Counted from the first letter of the stretch, positions 27,215-42,569 are shown. The stretch: DNA of 64,000 bases from Octopus vulgaris (GCA_951406725.2 OX597820.1:75764001-75828000); one strand, 5' to 3'. Program-made: numbers and translations. Notes: generated by a model not told the origin, from the sequence alone.

Positions 27215-27515
27215 GAAGGCACGTGGTTTAGTGGTTAGGGTGTTTGGCTCACGATCGTAAGGTGATGAGTTCAATTCCCAGCGACACATTTTATCCTAGA
27301 GCGAGGCACTGTATTTCCACGTTGCTCCAATCCACTCAGCTAGCGAAGATGAGTTGTAGGTGTATTACAAAAAGGGCCAGTATCTCCACGAGAACTACAT
27401 TAAGGATACACGTGTCTGTGGAGTGCTCAGCCACTTGCACGTTAATTTCACGAGCAAGGTGATCCGTTCATCGGATCAACTGGAACCCTCTTGGTGGTAA
27501 CCGACGGAGTGCCAG
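27215..27515 (+). mobile_element. SINE family C
   Basis: A box tggtttagtgg, B box agttcaattcc and tail gtaaccgacggagtgcca. Confidence 0.8.
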
Positions 27516-28879
27516 TCTCTCTCTCTCTCTCTCTCTGTATATATATATATATATATATATGTATACATACATATATATGTATTTATCTATGTATGTATGT
27601 ATGTATATTTATATATATGGATGTATGTAAATGCATGTAGTTGACACGCTTCCACAGATTTTCCGTCTAACAAATTCACTTTCAAGAAATTTGTAAGCAT
27701 GGCGCTGTAGTAGGAGACACTTGGAAGTGAGACCAAAACCAGATGGTTGCAAAGCCAGCATTTTAACCCCGTCCTCAGTCTTTTTTTACTTCATTTTATC
27801 GTCCCTCGGGAGTGAGAGTCTCATCTGACAACGGACGAATCATTTATTTTTACCCTTTACATGTTTCTGCGATTAGGCTGCAACCATGGTGTGGCACCGC
27901 CTTGAAGAATTTTCGAACGAATCAACACCAGTCCTTATTTTATCTGTAAGCTTGGTACTTATTCTATCGGCGTCTTTTACCGAACTACGAAGTTAAAGAG
28001 TATAAACGTCCCAACACCGGTTATTAAGCACCTAATGATAGTTCTTATCTTTGGGTGAAAGAATATACAGGAGGATAATGATTTTATTCTAAATATTCCA
28101 CTCTCAGATTCGCACATTTATTGCAGTCCTCCTTCGCTCTTTCTGAGTACTGTTAAAGTACTCAGAAATTTGGGCCTACCACAAGGCCTTTCACGACACC
28201 TTTAAAGCTAGGAGCTTTTCAGCACATCCTCGTATATGACGGGTTTCTTTCTGTTTCCTTCTACCAAATCCACTCACAAGGCTTTGATCTCCCCGAAGCC
28301 ATAGTAGAAGACGCTTTCCCAAGGTACCAGACAGTAGGACTGAGTCCAGAGCCATGTGAATGGGAAGCAAGCTTCTTACCACACAGCCGCGCATGTGCCT
28401 ATGGTCTCAAAACATAATGAAACAATACTTACACCCGGCGCTCTATCGAATCTGCCAATCTCTGTCTCTTTTAACAATTGCTTCCGACATTATCACCATG
28501 CCTGACTTTTGGTAGAAAGTATTACTCAACTGAATTATTGTCCAAATTTGTGAATGGAATTCCATTTTATTATCCCGGAGGAATGACCAAGTCGATCTTA
28601 GTGAATCCTGAACTCGGAATTGAATAAATTCCGAAATGCATTTTGTCCAATGTTTAAACGGACCTGTTGAACCATGAAATTTTTCGGGTGGGGGCTAGCC
28701 GATTACATTAACCCCAGTATTTGACGGGTACATATTTTTATCGATCCCGAGAGGACAAGAAGCAAAGTTGATCTCGGCGGTAGTTGGTATTAGGATGGGA
28801 AGCCGGATATGTTGTTAAAGATTTTCTCCGATGCGCTAACAATTCAGAGAATGAAGACAAAAGAAGAGCAGAAGTGGGG

Positions 28880-29288
28880 AGGTGGAGGAGGAGAAAGAAG
28901 AAGAGGAAGAATAATAATAGGAAGAAGACGTAGAAGGAGAAAAAAAAGAAGAAGAAGAAGAAGAAGAAGAAGAAGGAGAAGAAGAAGCAGAAGAAGAAGA
29001 AGAAGAAGCAGAGGTAGAAGTAGAAGAAGGAGGAGGAGGAGAAGAAGTAGTAGTAGTAGAAGAAGAAGAAGAAGAAGTAGAAGAAGAAGCAGAAGAAGAA
29101 GAAGAAGCAGAAAAGGTAGAAGTAGAAGAAGGAGGAGGAGGAGAAGAAGTAGTAGTAGTAGTAGTAGTAGAAGAAGAAGAAGAAGAAGAAGAAGAAGAAG
29201 AAGAAGAAGAAGAAGAAGAAGGAGAAGAAGAAGCAGAAGAAGAAGAAGAAGAAGCAGAGGTAGAAGTAGAAGAAGGAGGAGGAGGAGA

Positions 29289-29323
<35 letters not shown>

Positions 29324-29534
29324 AAGAAGAAGAAGAAGAAGAAGAAGAAGAAGAAGAAGAAGAAGGAGAAGAAGAAGCAGAAGAAGAAGAAGAAGAAGCA
29401 GAGGTAGAAGTAGAAGAAGGAGGAGGAGGAGAAGAAGTAGTAGTAGTAGAAGAAGAAGAAGAAGAAGTAGAAGAAGAAGCAGAAGAAGAAGAAGAAGCAG
29501 AAAAGGTAGAAGTAGAAGAAGGAGGAGGAGGAGA

Positions 29535-29575
<41 letters not shown>

Positions 29576-29687
29576 AAGAAGAAGAAGAAGAAGAAGAAGA
29601 AGAAGAAGAAGAAGAAGAAGAAGAAGAAGAAGAAGAAGAAGAAGAAGAAGAAGAAGAAGAAGAAGAAGAAGAAGAAGAAGAAGAAGA
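28880..29687 (+). repeat. Purine-rich (GAA)n array with higher-order repeat structure
   Basis: The unit ..gcaga(g/aaa)gtagaagtagaagaaggaggaggaggagaagaagtagtagt occurs five times. Confidence 0.9.
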
Positions 29688-30599
29688 TATATTTTAACAA
29701 CCTCCATTTTGATAACCCACAAACTTGAAAGAACGAATAAATAATATCATAGAAAGCTGTGATTCATTAAGATTACGGTTTACCTTACTACGAATTTATT
29801 TCATACATTTCTTTAAATATATATTGTTGTTATTGTTGTTCATCGTTTCGCTATTACTCGTAGAGATTGATGGTTTTTAAAGATGTGAGTTGAGAAAAAA
29901 CGTTAATCGTTTTTCCGAACTACAGGGATCCCTAGGTGCTTTGTTTATCTCAAATTTCCGCTGTTTTAAGCGAATACGAGATAAAACCCTCTATGAATAA
30001 ACCGCTCGTTTATCTCAGGTAGATTTTTTTTCCCGCCAGAGGATTTGATCTCGACATTATAAGCCTCAAAATTAATGGTTTATCTTGACACCCTCTCTGC
30101 TTATAGAAGTACTGAATTTCACGCCCTTGTTTTACATAATTAAAACTGGTATTTGGCTATGGACAAACGTCTCTGATTTAAGAATATATCGATGATATAT
30201 TCCTTCTTTTGAGGTAATGAAAGAACTCGTATCTTCTTCCCTTCTTCCCGAGCCATCATCAAAATTTTGAGTTTCTACAGAGAGAAGTCTTGAGTGTTCT
30301 TTCTTTTCTGACTAAGCCAACGAGCGGTCTTATACATTGTTCGTTGTTATACGAGAAACTCACACTCTGATGTCTTTAAAAGACGTGAGTTGAAGTTAGG
30401 ATGTAGCTTCCATTTTGTAGTATAGCACCCATCATCGTATATGGTGTTGTATGCTTGTCAAAGATCTGACTGCTATTTCTATCAGGTTGAACAACCAAAT
30501 AGAAGCTCCCACATTAAATAGGACCTAATTAACCATGCCTCCACGAGAGACACTTACCTAGGACTAATAAGGAAAACAGTCTACTGCGGCTACAGCTGC

Positions 30600-30683
30600 C
30601 TTCTTCTTCTTCTTCTTCTTCTTCTTCTTCTTCTTCTTCTTCTTCTTCTTCTTCTTCTTCTTCTTCTTCTTCTTCTTCTTCTT
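30600..30683. repeat. (TTC)n microsatellite
   Basis: Seen directly. Confidence 0.95.
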
Positions 30684-30959
30684 CCAATCACGACTCACGC
30701 CATTAGCCACAAAGAATAATATCTAATTCGAGCCTACTCTAAGCTACTAAGAATGCGTGTGGCAACTTGAAGATCCACCTACCACACGCGATAGACTGGC
30801 GGTTGCACGGGCGCGAAAGCTACGTTGTTATCCTCATTCCGTAAATGGTGGCTTTTAACGGGTGGAGAGCTGAACCATCCTGTGGTACAGAGGATTTGCA
30901 ATCTAGACTAGGGTCTGGAAGTTTACCACACCATAGTGGATTACACCATGGTTCTTCTG

Positions 30960-31160
30960 CTTTGTGGCAGAAGTAGGAAGAAAGAGTCAGAGAAAGTTGT
31001 GGTGAAAGAGTACAGCGGGGATCACCCCTACCCGCCGGAGCCTCGTCGAGCTTAGGTGTTTTTGCTCAATAAACACTCACAATGCCCGGTCTCGGAATCG
31101 AAACCGCGCTCTTACGACCACGAGTTCGCTGCTCTCATCACTGGGCCATTACGCCTCCAC
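30960..31160 (-). mobile_element. tRNA-derived SINE family D
   Basis: Minus strand: tggcccagtga A box, gtttcgattcc B box and ttgagcaaaaacacc. Confidence 0.7.
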
Positions 31161-32397
31161 GCTGCTGTTGCTACTGCTCCTTCGGCTACTTGTGCTACTG
31201 CTGCTACTGTTACTGTTGTTGCTGCCCTGTTTATTTCCGAGGCAATTCCTTTCAAATCTATTCCCATTGTAACCATCCTATCAGTTTTATCTGTCTTTAC
31301 TGACGCTGACCAGGGCCATTCTCGCGTGACGTGCGTGACAGTCAGTCAAAGATACAAACTTATGACATTTCTAAGATGCACATCGTCAACGTTTACAAGA
31401 ATTCAATCGAATCATTTTTTACAGTAAAGTTTAACTACTCAGGCAAGTATTAAACAAAAAAATATTTTATCTAGACAGATGCAAAAAGTGTGATGCACGT
31501 GACATCGCACAAAACAAATGATTTTCACCTGAAAGTTTTAAATGTTAATTTGTCTGAATTTCTTCAGGTAGGCGCAGGTGTGGATGGATGGGAAGAAGCT
31601 TGCTTCTCAGCTACATAGGTTCCAGGTTCAGTGCTCACTGTGCGATACCTTGCGTAGGTGCCTTCTATTATAGCCCCGGGCAAACAGAAGACTTGTGAGT
31701 GGATTTGGAAGACGGAAACTGAAAGTAACCTGTCGTATATGTATGTATATGTGTGCATGCGTGTGTGTGCATATGTGTGTATGTGTGTGTATTTGTATCT
31801 ATATGTGTGTCTTTGTGGTTGTGTTTTTCCCCCACCAGGGCTTCACAACCGGTGTTGGTGTGCTTGCGTCCCTGTGACATCGCGGTTCCGTAATAGAAAG
31901 TGTAGTAGAAGACCTTCTCCCAAGGTGCCGCAGAGTGGGACTGAATCCGTGACCACATGACTGAAAGGCAAATATCTTAGCCACACAGTCATACTTGTGC
32001 CTTATGCAAAGAAAACAAATGGGAAGATACGCAAGGGTATTATGTTTTCGGTCAAAGGTTACAAGTAAAAACAAAAAAGAAAAAAAAGGGGGAACAGAAA
32101 CGAGAATGCAAATCAACAATTAAAACAAACATTCAGTTCTTTTCGCGTTTTCTATCTTCCATTGATGTTTATTTCTAATTTGAAATGGTTTCTTAGAAGT
32201 TGTGTTTCTTTTTAATTTGTACCGAGTTCCTATTTCACATTTTTAGAATCTTTGCTGTTTAAGTAATGTGATGTACCTAATTTCGGTTCATTGTAAGCTG
32301 AAGTCATAACTAACTTGAAAATAACTCATTTCATCGGAGAGAGCACGAGCACACACAACCGTGTTCATATACAAACAGATACTCAACAATCTACCGC

Positions 32398-32496
<99 letters not shown>

Positions 32497-32621
32497 GTCT
32501 GTCTATATATGTATGTATATATCTACCTATCTATATATCTATCTGTCAGTCTGTCTATCTAAATATGCATGTAAGTGTGTATATATCTACCTATCTATCT
32601 ATTTATCTATCTATCTGTCTA

Positions 32622-32694
<73 letters not shown>

Positions 32695-32761
32695 ATATCT
32701 ATCTGTCTGTCTATCTGTCTATCTATCTATCTTTCTATCTATCATCTATCTATCTATCTAT

Positions 32762-32903
32762 CTTACGATCCCTCTTGATCGAAAACCTACGCCACCCCCT
32801 TTTTTTTTCTTTTGTTTTTTGTTCTCTTCATCCCTCAAAAGAAAAGCTCTACCTTGTAACTTGTCCTATCTGTGTGCAGCCCTGTGTGGCCAATAAAGAA
32901 ACT
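32762..32903 (+). mobile_element. Heavily 5'-truncated Tx1 LINE 3' end within (TATC)n
   Basis: cgatccctcttgatcgaaa..ctgtgtggccaataaagaaac matches 53920-54030. Confidence 0.8.
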
Positions 32904-32925
32904 TATCTATCTATCTATCTATCTA

Positions 32926-32960
<35 letters not shown>

Positions 32961-32999
32961 ACCTATTTATCTATCTATCTGTCTGTCCGTCTGTCCATG

Positions 33000-33064
<65 letters not shown>

Positions 33065-34258
33065 CTCTATCTCTCTATTTATATAGCTATTTATCTATCT
33101 ATTTACATGTTGGATCTTCCTGAGAGCTACGTTAAGGGTATGAGCGTCTTTGGAGTGCTCAGCCGCTTGCACAGTAATTTCATGAGCAGGCTGTTCGGAT
33201 CAACTGAAACACTTACCGACGGACTGCCAGTTTTCAATGATAATTGATACTAAAAATATGGTTTAGAATAATGTAGACATGTTCGACGCAAAGTTTGGCC
33301 CAGGCTATATCTAACATCATAGCACCACTAAATAAGATCTGTTAAGACATTTTTAAGAGACGTTTTTGGAGGATCGTGGCCCATTCAAGTCAGAGTTGCA
33401 CCACTGAAGACGGCGTGAAATACGTGAGATTTGGGTGGTTTATCTAGTATTCCTCGAAGAAATTTGTCCCGGTTTTCTTTGGAAATGATGGGATCTTTTC
33501 TTTCTGAATTGTTTTGGGATATTGTTAAATAGAGAGACTCATACGCATATACACCAACACACACACAGAAAAGGAAAAAATATTAAAAACAAACGAAAAA
33601 CGAAATAGTTATAATTACTTTGTATTCTATGAATCGTTGCAAAACTAAACTCAACTCAATTTCCTTTTGAATACAGTGAAAGGTAAAAATGAATATAAAC
33701 AAAGTGCAATAATATCTACAATACTAACAGATAGAAAATATAAGAAGCGGAAACAACAACAACAACAACAACAGGGGGAGCGAGAAAGCGAATGCGGTTT
33801 ATTAGGAACAAAGAGCAGAATTCAAAAATGAAGACCTAATTATGCATATATGTATGTATATGAGCATGTGTGTGTGCTTGTGTGTGTGTATATATATATA
33901 CTTATATCTATATATGCATACATATATATATATACTTCTTCATATACATACATATATATATGCATATATATGTATGTATGTATGCATGTATGTATGTATG
34001 CATGTATGTAAATGCGAACACATACATAACGTATATTAAATATATCTATATACATATGCTTATATACATATATATGTATATATGTATATATGTATATATA
34101 TATACATATATGTATATTTATGTATATATACATATATATGTATATATATATATATATATATGTGTATATATGTATATATATGTATATTTATGTATATATA
34201 CATATATATGTATATATATATATATGTATCTTTATATGTATATATATGTATATATATG

Positions 34259-34290
<32 letters not shown>

Positions 34291-34292
34291 TT

Positions 34293-34377
<85 letters not shown>

Positions 34378-35049
34378 TATATAGAATAACGTTAAAGCAA
34401 CGACAATAATGCCAGTAATATTTTTCATTTTGTGTTTTTGTTTCAGTTTCAAAAGAAAGCCATTGATGGAGAGATTCCAAGAGGAGGACAAAGGCGAAAA
34501 TTGAGAGAAAGAGGAAGAAGGTGAAAAACAAAGAGAGTGTGAGATAGACCGAGTGGGTGAGTGAGAGAGAGTGAGTGTGACTGAGTGAGTGAAAAAGAGA
34601 ATTTGTTGCTAACAACTAATTTACGAGAAATACATAACCGAGTAAATAAATATACGAAGAACGAAAGAAACTAGGTAACATAGAGAAAAAAGAATTAAAG
34701 ACGAAAGAAGAAAATCAAAGAAAAACAAAGAAAAAAATAAAAAATAAAAAACGGAAAGAAATGAAAGAAGGAAAGAAATGAAGAGGGTTCTTTAGAAGGA
34801 GTGAAATAGCGGCAAAAACACAATTAAGCAAATAATCTTCTTTTATGAACGAGACCACGTGATGTTTGTTTCAAGTTTCTTCTCACATTCGCCATCTTTA
34901 TTTTATACTTTTCTAATTACACCCCATTTCATGCATTATGAAACACTCTCTAATACTCTCTTCTCTCTCTCTCACTCTCTCCCTCTCCTTATCTATCTAT
35001 CTATTTATTTATCTATCGATCTATCTATATATGAATATTTGTCAATGTG

Positions 35050-35150
<101 letters not shown>

Positions 35151-35286
35151 ATCCATCCATCCATATCTCCCTCCCTCTCTCTCCCTCCCGCGCTCTCTCT
35201 CTCTCTCTATACATATATATTTATAGATAGATAGATATACATAAATATATAGGCCAATATATCTACCTGTCTATCTATCTATCCAT

Positions 35287-35356
<70 letters not shown>

Positions 35357-35801
35357 ATATTTTCGCACTGTTTCACTCAAATACTTTTAAATTTTCACAC
35401 TTCCTATGTCATTATCCATCACCTCTCTCTCCCTCTCTTTCTCTCTCACTCGTTCCCTCATCATCACCCACACTCTCTTTTTCGTTTTCACACTTTCTCT
35501 CCTCTTTCTACTTCACAATCTTGCTTCCTTCATCCTTCCTTTCCTTCCTTCCTCTGTGCACGGTTCATCGCTACGTAAAGACAATGTCGGATAATCGCAG
35601 AAAAATGTTAATAGAACTGAGCGTTAGGGGTTGAATGTCACAAGAAGACAAACACACACACACACAAATTCACGTGCACGCGCACATACACACACGCTCA
35701 CACACATACACACACACACACAATCAAACAAATAAATATTCGTATGCATATATTATTACATTTATATATCCACACACGTATAGACGCAGGCAAACATATG
35801 A

Positions 35802-35887
<86 letters not shown>

Positions 35888-35973
35888 TACACGTATACAA
35901 CGACAAACGTACACGAGTGTGTGAAAGGGTCTATGCGTGTCATTGATCATCTACGAATTCCGATATAAACATA

Positions 35974-36030
<57 letters not shown>

Positions 36031-36666
36031 TACAATTAAAAAGTCTTTATTACTTCTAACCTTACAGCACTTAGCAACAGCCATATCTTAGTCAGTCAGT
36101 GGAAGGACTTCACTACCGCATATGTTCTTAAAATTTAAATCCACATCTTTGTCTGTATATCTACCTTCTCTATATTGTTGCCACTTAATTTGAAAATTTT
36201 TGTATGGAAAACCTCTATAATTGGCTGATGAGTACTCAGCATCTTAAATCTTTTGTAATATTTACAACATTTAATAAAATAATGTAGTACGAAACGATTG
36301 TACCAAACTACCGGAGTCATTCTTGTTGCTTATTTTGATTATATATATATATACATATACATACAGACAGACTTATGTACTTAAACACAATTTCCAAGCA
36401 TCATTCTGTCAACGCCTATACGCTGCACGCATATATATATATATATGCAAACGTAGACATTTTGCTTCTATACTTTTGGACCATGTGTGTCTAGGTGTGT
36501 ACGTGTGTGCGTAAGCGTGCGTGTGTCTATGTGTGTGTATGTGTGGGTTTGCACATATGTGTGTATGTGTGTGAGTGTTTTCTGTGCGCGTGTTCATGTT
36601 TGCGTCTACATGTGTGTACCTGTGTGTGAGTATGGTGTATTTCTGTATGTATGATCGTATTTGTGT

Positions 36667-36701
<35 letters not shown>

Positions 36702-37031
36702 CGTGCGTATACGTGGGTGTACATGTGTGTCGTCCAGTCGTTCAATGTGTTCATGTTGGAGTCTATACGTATATATATATATATATATACATATGTATAT
36801 ATATGAAATATGTTTATGAGTGTGTGTGAATGTGTTCATATGTGTATTTCTATTTGGGTGTTCGCGTTTGGAATTCTACATGTGTGTGGGTATGTGTGCA
36901 TGTGTTTGTGCGTGTGTGTGTGTGCGTATATGTAGGTGAGTGTTTTCTGTGCGCGTGTTCATGTTTGCGTCTACATGTGTGTACCTGTGTGTGAGTATGG
37001 TGTATTTCTGTATGTATGATCGTATTTGTGT

Positions 37032-37202
<171 letters not shown>

Positions 37203-38566
37203 AGCGTTTACGCAGAACCATGGACGCTCATACGTATAAAACACACTGATACATACTGTAAAGGGAAGGCTCGAAGTGATTGTAATTAATGTATGGGGCT
37301 AATGGAATGATTTTAATTGAAATCGATTAAAATGTCTGACGAATGTAATATAGTTCGGCGTCTCGTTTTCATTAAATCTGTTAATGAAAAAAAAAATCAA
37401 ATTTCAAAATAGCAAAACATCTAACTATTTCAGCCCTTCTAGCCAATTTAATATTCTCTCTCTCTCTCTCTCACTCACTCTCTCTCTCATTGTCTTATCC
37501 GATATTCATCGATACATACATACATGCATACATATATATGTATGTTTGAGTATGTGTATGTATACACACACACATAACAGGCTTTACATATTTATTTATG
37601 CATCGTAGACTTACGGTCGTTTCTCATATTAATTATAGGTGCGCTCATAGCTCTTTTTACTGAATCGGTTAACTGACCAAATGGATAGATTGAGCTATCT
37701 TAACAAATACTATCGTGTTCAGAGTCCACGCACCAAGTAACAAAATACACGAAAGCGAAGTATATAACGGATCTGTATTTATTTCCTTTCTCGTATATGA
37801 CTGTGGAAACATACCATATTGACTGGGAAATCCAGCTCTAGATTTATAAAGTCGACTGGTTATGGAGTTCGACTTCGGATCTTCCCTGAGGATTACCTGG
37901 AGATTTATACTAATCTGAAAACCTCAACCCTGAGCTAAAACCAGTAAAATGTAACAGATAAATACATATAATATACATACATAAGAATATATATAAATAC
38001 ATATTTAAAAACGTATATGAATAAGGACAGTAAAAGCAAAACAGTAAAAATGAACGGTGAGGAATGTTAAGCCATAACGATATGAAGTAGTGAACCCTGG
38101 AGACACGAGCTTTGAGAAGAGACAACCAAAAGAGGAGAGTGAGAGAGAGAGGTGAAGGGGAGAGGAGAAGAACAGAGAAAGGGTGGGAGCGAAAAACAGA
38201 AAGGAAAGACAAGAGAGGAAGATAGATAGAATTGGTGCGCATCGGAATTATTAAAATAAAACTTTCTTGGAAATGGATGCGCGTGGCGTTCGATCATATA
38301 CTAATATAAATTATATATAAATATATGCGACGTCCTGTACCCATATATATGAGTCGATCAAAAAATCTGGAATCTCTAACTTCTGCCAGGTTTCTCTCAA
38401 AATCTTCTGCCAGCTTTCTCTCAAAATCTTCGACACGTCGAATAATCAATGACATATAGAAATAATAACAGGATGCATAAAAAAAAACTACAGAACTATT
38501 ACAAACATATAATGAGGACACATAGAGGTGGGACACTACTTTTGGCCCAACCTGTATACATACATG

Positions 38567-38659
<93 letters not shown>

Positions 38660-38876
38660 TTCTACAATAAGGATAAATTTTTTCAAAAACAAAATTCTAT
38701 CAATGGACAGCATATTGAAATGCCTTCAATGTGAAAATATAAACAATTATAGGGGCAAAATAAACGAATTTTCCCATGCCAATATGCTGAGAAATAGACC
38801 TTAAATATTTTTCACTATAAATACACGGCGTGCTGAATCAAAGAAAGCAAGCTAACAGAAATCTCAGCATATTGGC

Positions 38877-38943
<67 letters not shown>

Positions 38944-39079
38944 CAAACAATACTCATACAGATACGCACACTCTTATAAATACTAGCAGAGACACATACA
39001 CGCACGTAAGCGCAGACACGAACACAAGCACGCGCATGTACATTACGCCCACAAAACTCCACCCCCACGCATACATTCA

Positions 39080-40016
39080 CACACACACACACATACATAC
39101 GTACACACACATAATACATACATTCATACATGCATACATATACACACACATACACACACATACATACATACACACATACATACACACACACTTACATACA
39201 CACATACACACACATACACACACATACACACATACACACATACACAGATACATACATACATACACACACATACATACACACACACAAATACACACACATA
39301 CATACACACATACATACGTACATAGATACATACATACACACTCATACATATACATACATACATACACACACACACATAAACACATACACGCATGCACACA
39401 TACATACATACACACACATACTTACACACATACACACATACATACACACATACACACATACACACACATACATACATACATACACACATACATACATACA
39501 CACACACATACACCCACATACACACACACATACATACATACATACCTACATACATACATACATACATACGTGCATATGGAGTTGGCTTATTGCAGGCGTG
39601 CGTCAGCGTATGTGTGTGTGCCTGTGGATTCACATACTACCACACCATTTTTTTTCCATTAATTTTTCAATTATAAAGCGTAGGCTTGCATACATATATA
39701 TACACACATATAAACATATAAACACACATATAAACCTCTACATTTGTACACACACGTACATATATACATATATTCACTCGCACACACGTACACACACACG
39801 CACACACACACACATACATTTACATATATATACTATACACGCACACACACATACACACGTACAACACACACACATACATACACACACACACATACACACA
39901 CATACATACCTACACACACACACACATACACACACACACACATACACACATACACACACACACACACATACACACATACACACACATACACGCACATACA
40001 TACACACACACACAAA

Positions 40017-40066
<50 letters not shown>

Positions 40067-40272
40067 TACACACACATACATGTACATACACGCACACACA
40101 CATACCTCTTTGTTTTTGACCAGTGCTGGACACAAAAATCACCACTCCTTATTCTTACAAACCGGCCTGCTAGTGCCTGCACATACACACATACACACAC
40201 ATACGCACACACACACACATACATACATACATACACACATACACACACACACACATACATACACACATACAT
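39080..40272. repeat. Long degenerate CA/CATA low-complexity tracts
   Basis: Seen directly; source of the HT/YI/CV-type ORFs. Confidence 0.95.
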
Positions 40273-40299
40273 ACCATACTGTCTTTGAAACTCTCCTGT

Positions 40300-40545
40300 C
40301 TTTAAAAATCTTGATTCGTCTACATTTCAACTTCCGTTCTTTCAACATGTGACCTCGTGAGCACCGCCAGCAATTTTTTTTCCTCTGTCTTCCCTTCTCG
40401 GGATCTTTCCTTCTCCTTTGTTTCCGACGAAGAGCTCCGCTCGAAACGTTGAGCCCTCCTTCCCTTCTTTCCTGAGCGTCCAATAATACTTTATTTGTTC
40501 CACGTCCTCGCGTTGCTGTGTTTTTTTGTGTTTTCTTGTTTGGAT

Positions 40546-40550
<5 letters not shown>
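40300..40550 (+). mobile_element. Probable PLE 3' end with minimal hammerhead variant at 40420-40454, abutting (TA)n
   Basis: gttt-CCGACGA-a-gagc tcc gctc-GAAAC-GTT-gagc, with palindrome AACGTT. Confidence 0.55.
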
Positions 40551-40591
<41 letters not shown>

Positions 40592-40782
40592 CATATATAC
40601 GACGGGCTTCTTCAGTTTCCGTCTACCAAATTCACTTATAAGACTTTGGTCGGCCCGAGGCTATAGTACAAAACATTTGTCCAAAGTGCCACGCAGGGGG
40701 AGTGAACTTGGAACCATGTGGTGCGGAAATAAGCTTCTTACCACACTGTCACTCCTGCGCCTTTATATATATATATATATAT

Positions 40783-41635
40783 ATGTTAATAAAATATATG
40801 CATATATATAAACATATATGTACGTACCTACCTCTACATGTACATATACACGCATATATGTGTACAGGACACCAAAAGGACGTCGAACACATAGAGAGAC
40901 GAAAAACATAGACACAAACCAAGGAACAAGACAAGCAAAAAAAGGAGATACAGGACAATAAGCACAACGAAAAATCCCCTTCTTCAGTCGCTAAAGTTTC
41001 ATCTACTAAACGTTTCAAAGGATAAAAGCGAGACGTATACTTCGAATGAAAAAATTCCTTCCTGCGAAAAGCAAATCAATTAAAATTCTGAGATCTTGTC
41101 GCAGAGGGGTAAAAAAAGCAAGACGGTAACGACAGTACAAACATATAAACAGTAAAAAATATATATATAAACAGTGGAAAAATAAATATATAACAGTGAG
41201 AGACAGGACAAGGAGAACAAGATAAGAAGGGCTGTTAACGCCAGACGAAAAAAGTATTGCAAACGCTGGATTATAGTGGACGACGAGAGAGGAAGATGTC
41301 GACCAGTGGCCTTAGAAGGCAGGTGAGAAAAGACGGGATAGCAGTTACGACGGAAGTTCGTCGCAGATGGACGACGGGAATGGGGGAGAAGGAGCAAGAG
41401 GAAGAGAGAGAAGAAGGGGAATGGTGCGAGGAGACCATGAAGAACAGTGAGGGGGAGAGTGAGAGGAAGAGACAAGTTAAGTGAGGGAAAAAAGACGAGA
41501 AAGGGAATGGGAGAGAAAGAAAGAAAGATGCAGAGTCGCGTGAGAGTTAATATCAAGGCGAACTTGATAAACAGAACAATCTTACTTAATAGGGTGCGTG
41601 CGTTTAGTCGTATAATATGTTAATAAAATATATGC

Positions 41636-41645
<10 letters not shown>
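40783..41645. mobile_element. ~860-bp element bounded by ~28-bp direct repeats, within (TA)n
   Basis: atatgttaataaaatatatgcatatata occurs at about 40781 and 41615. Confidence 0.55.
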
Positions 41646-41706
<61 letters not shown>

Positions 41707-41818
41707 ATTTATATAATTAGAAAATAGCGAAAACTTTAGATCAAAAAACAAACCAATTGGACAACATGTGTTGATTATTTTTAATACAAAACATGACATA
41801 ACATTTCAGTGACAATAC

Positions 41819-41938
41819 AATTCTTACGGCCGTTTCCGCTTCCGATGTCAATCGCTGCCAACGAAGAAACTACAAAAATAATATTCTTCATCTTCATAGG
41901 ATATTCGAACTAGTACATGGAGCTTCATCAGGGTGAAT
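41819..41938 (-). ncRNA. Type-I hammerhead-like motif with long stem II
   Basis: Minus strand: CTGATGA-agctccatgt..acatcggaagcg-GAAAC-ggcc-GTA, with palindrome ACGGCCGT. Stem I is imperfect. Confidence 0.6.
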
Positions 41939-42336
41939 ACAAAGTCTTTCAAAAACAAAGGAAGGGAAGACGGAATGAGAAATGGTCTAGAGAGGCCAGG
42001 AGGCTTAATATGTTAAATCATATCATCTTCAGTCGTAGGGCTTCGAAGTCAATAGGCAAAAGAGTAATCTAGCAGTGGCTTATGGTAATATTTACGATTA
42101 TTTCTATATAAAGGAGAACCAGATGTTTTAAGAGGTCTTGGGTCAACAGGTTTTGGGGATCTGATGATATGCCAAAAACTTAAACCCTTTATGGACGGGA
42201 GACGTAAAGTAATCCCATAAACCTGCCTTCCCTATTTCTAATATATACTGCCCTACATCATAGAATGTGCTTCTTTCGGATTTGTATATATATGATTATT
42301 TTGCATATACATGTTATACAAACATATATACGTATG

Positions 42337-42383
<47 letters not shown>

Positions 42384-42536
42384 CATATAGTATATATATA
42401 GTATATATATTATATTTTATGTGTGTGTGTATGTGTGTTTATGTATGCATGTATCCATTAAGTTAGACTGATAGGTAGTTAGATAAATAGATAGATAGGT
42501 AGATAGATAGATAGATAGATAGATAGAAAGATAGAT

Positions 42537-42569
<33 letters not shown>

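Noticed and set aside
28738-29744. ~300-aa poly-R/S, poly-F and poly-L ORFs
   Set aside because: They are translations of the GAA array, which lacks stops in several frames; there is no coding signal.
33400-33440. CTGAAGA..GAAA hammerhead-like string
   Set aside because: No credible stem II, palindrome or stem I.
37880-37930. CTGAGGA..GAAA hammerhead-like string
   Set aside because: No NUH triplet or stem I pairing downstream.
38883-40352. Long HT/YI/CV-rich ORFs here and throughout the window
   Set aside because: Artefacts of di- and tetranucleotide repeats.
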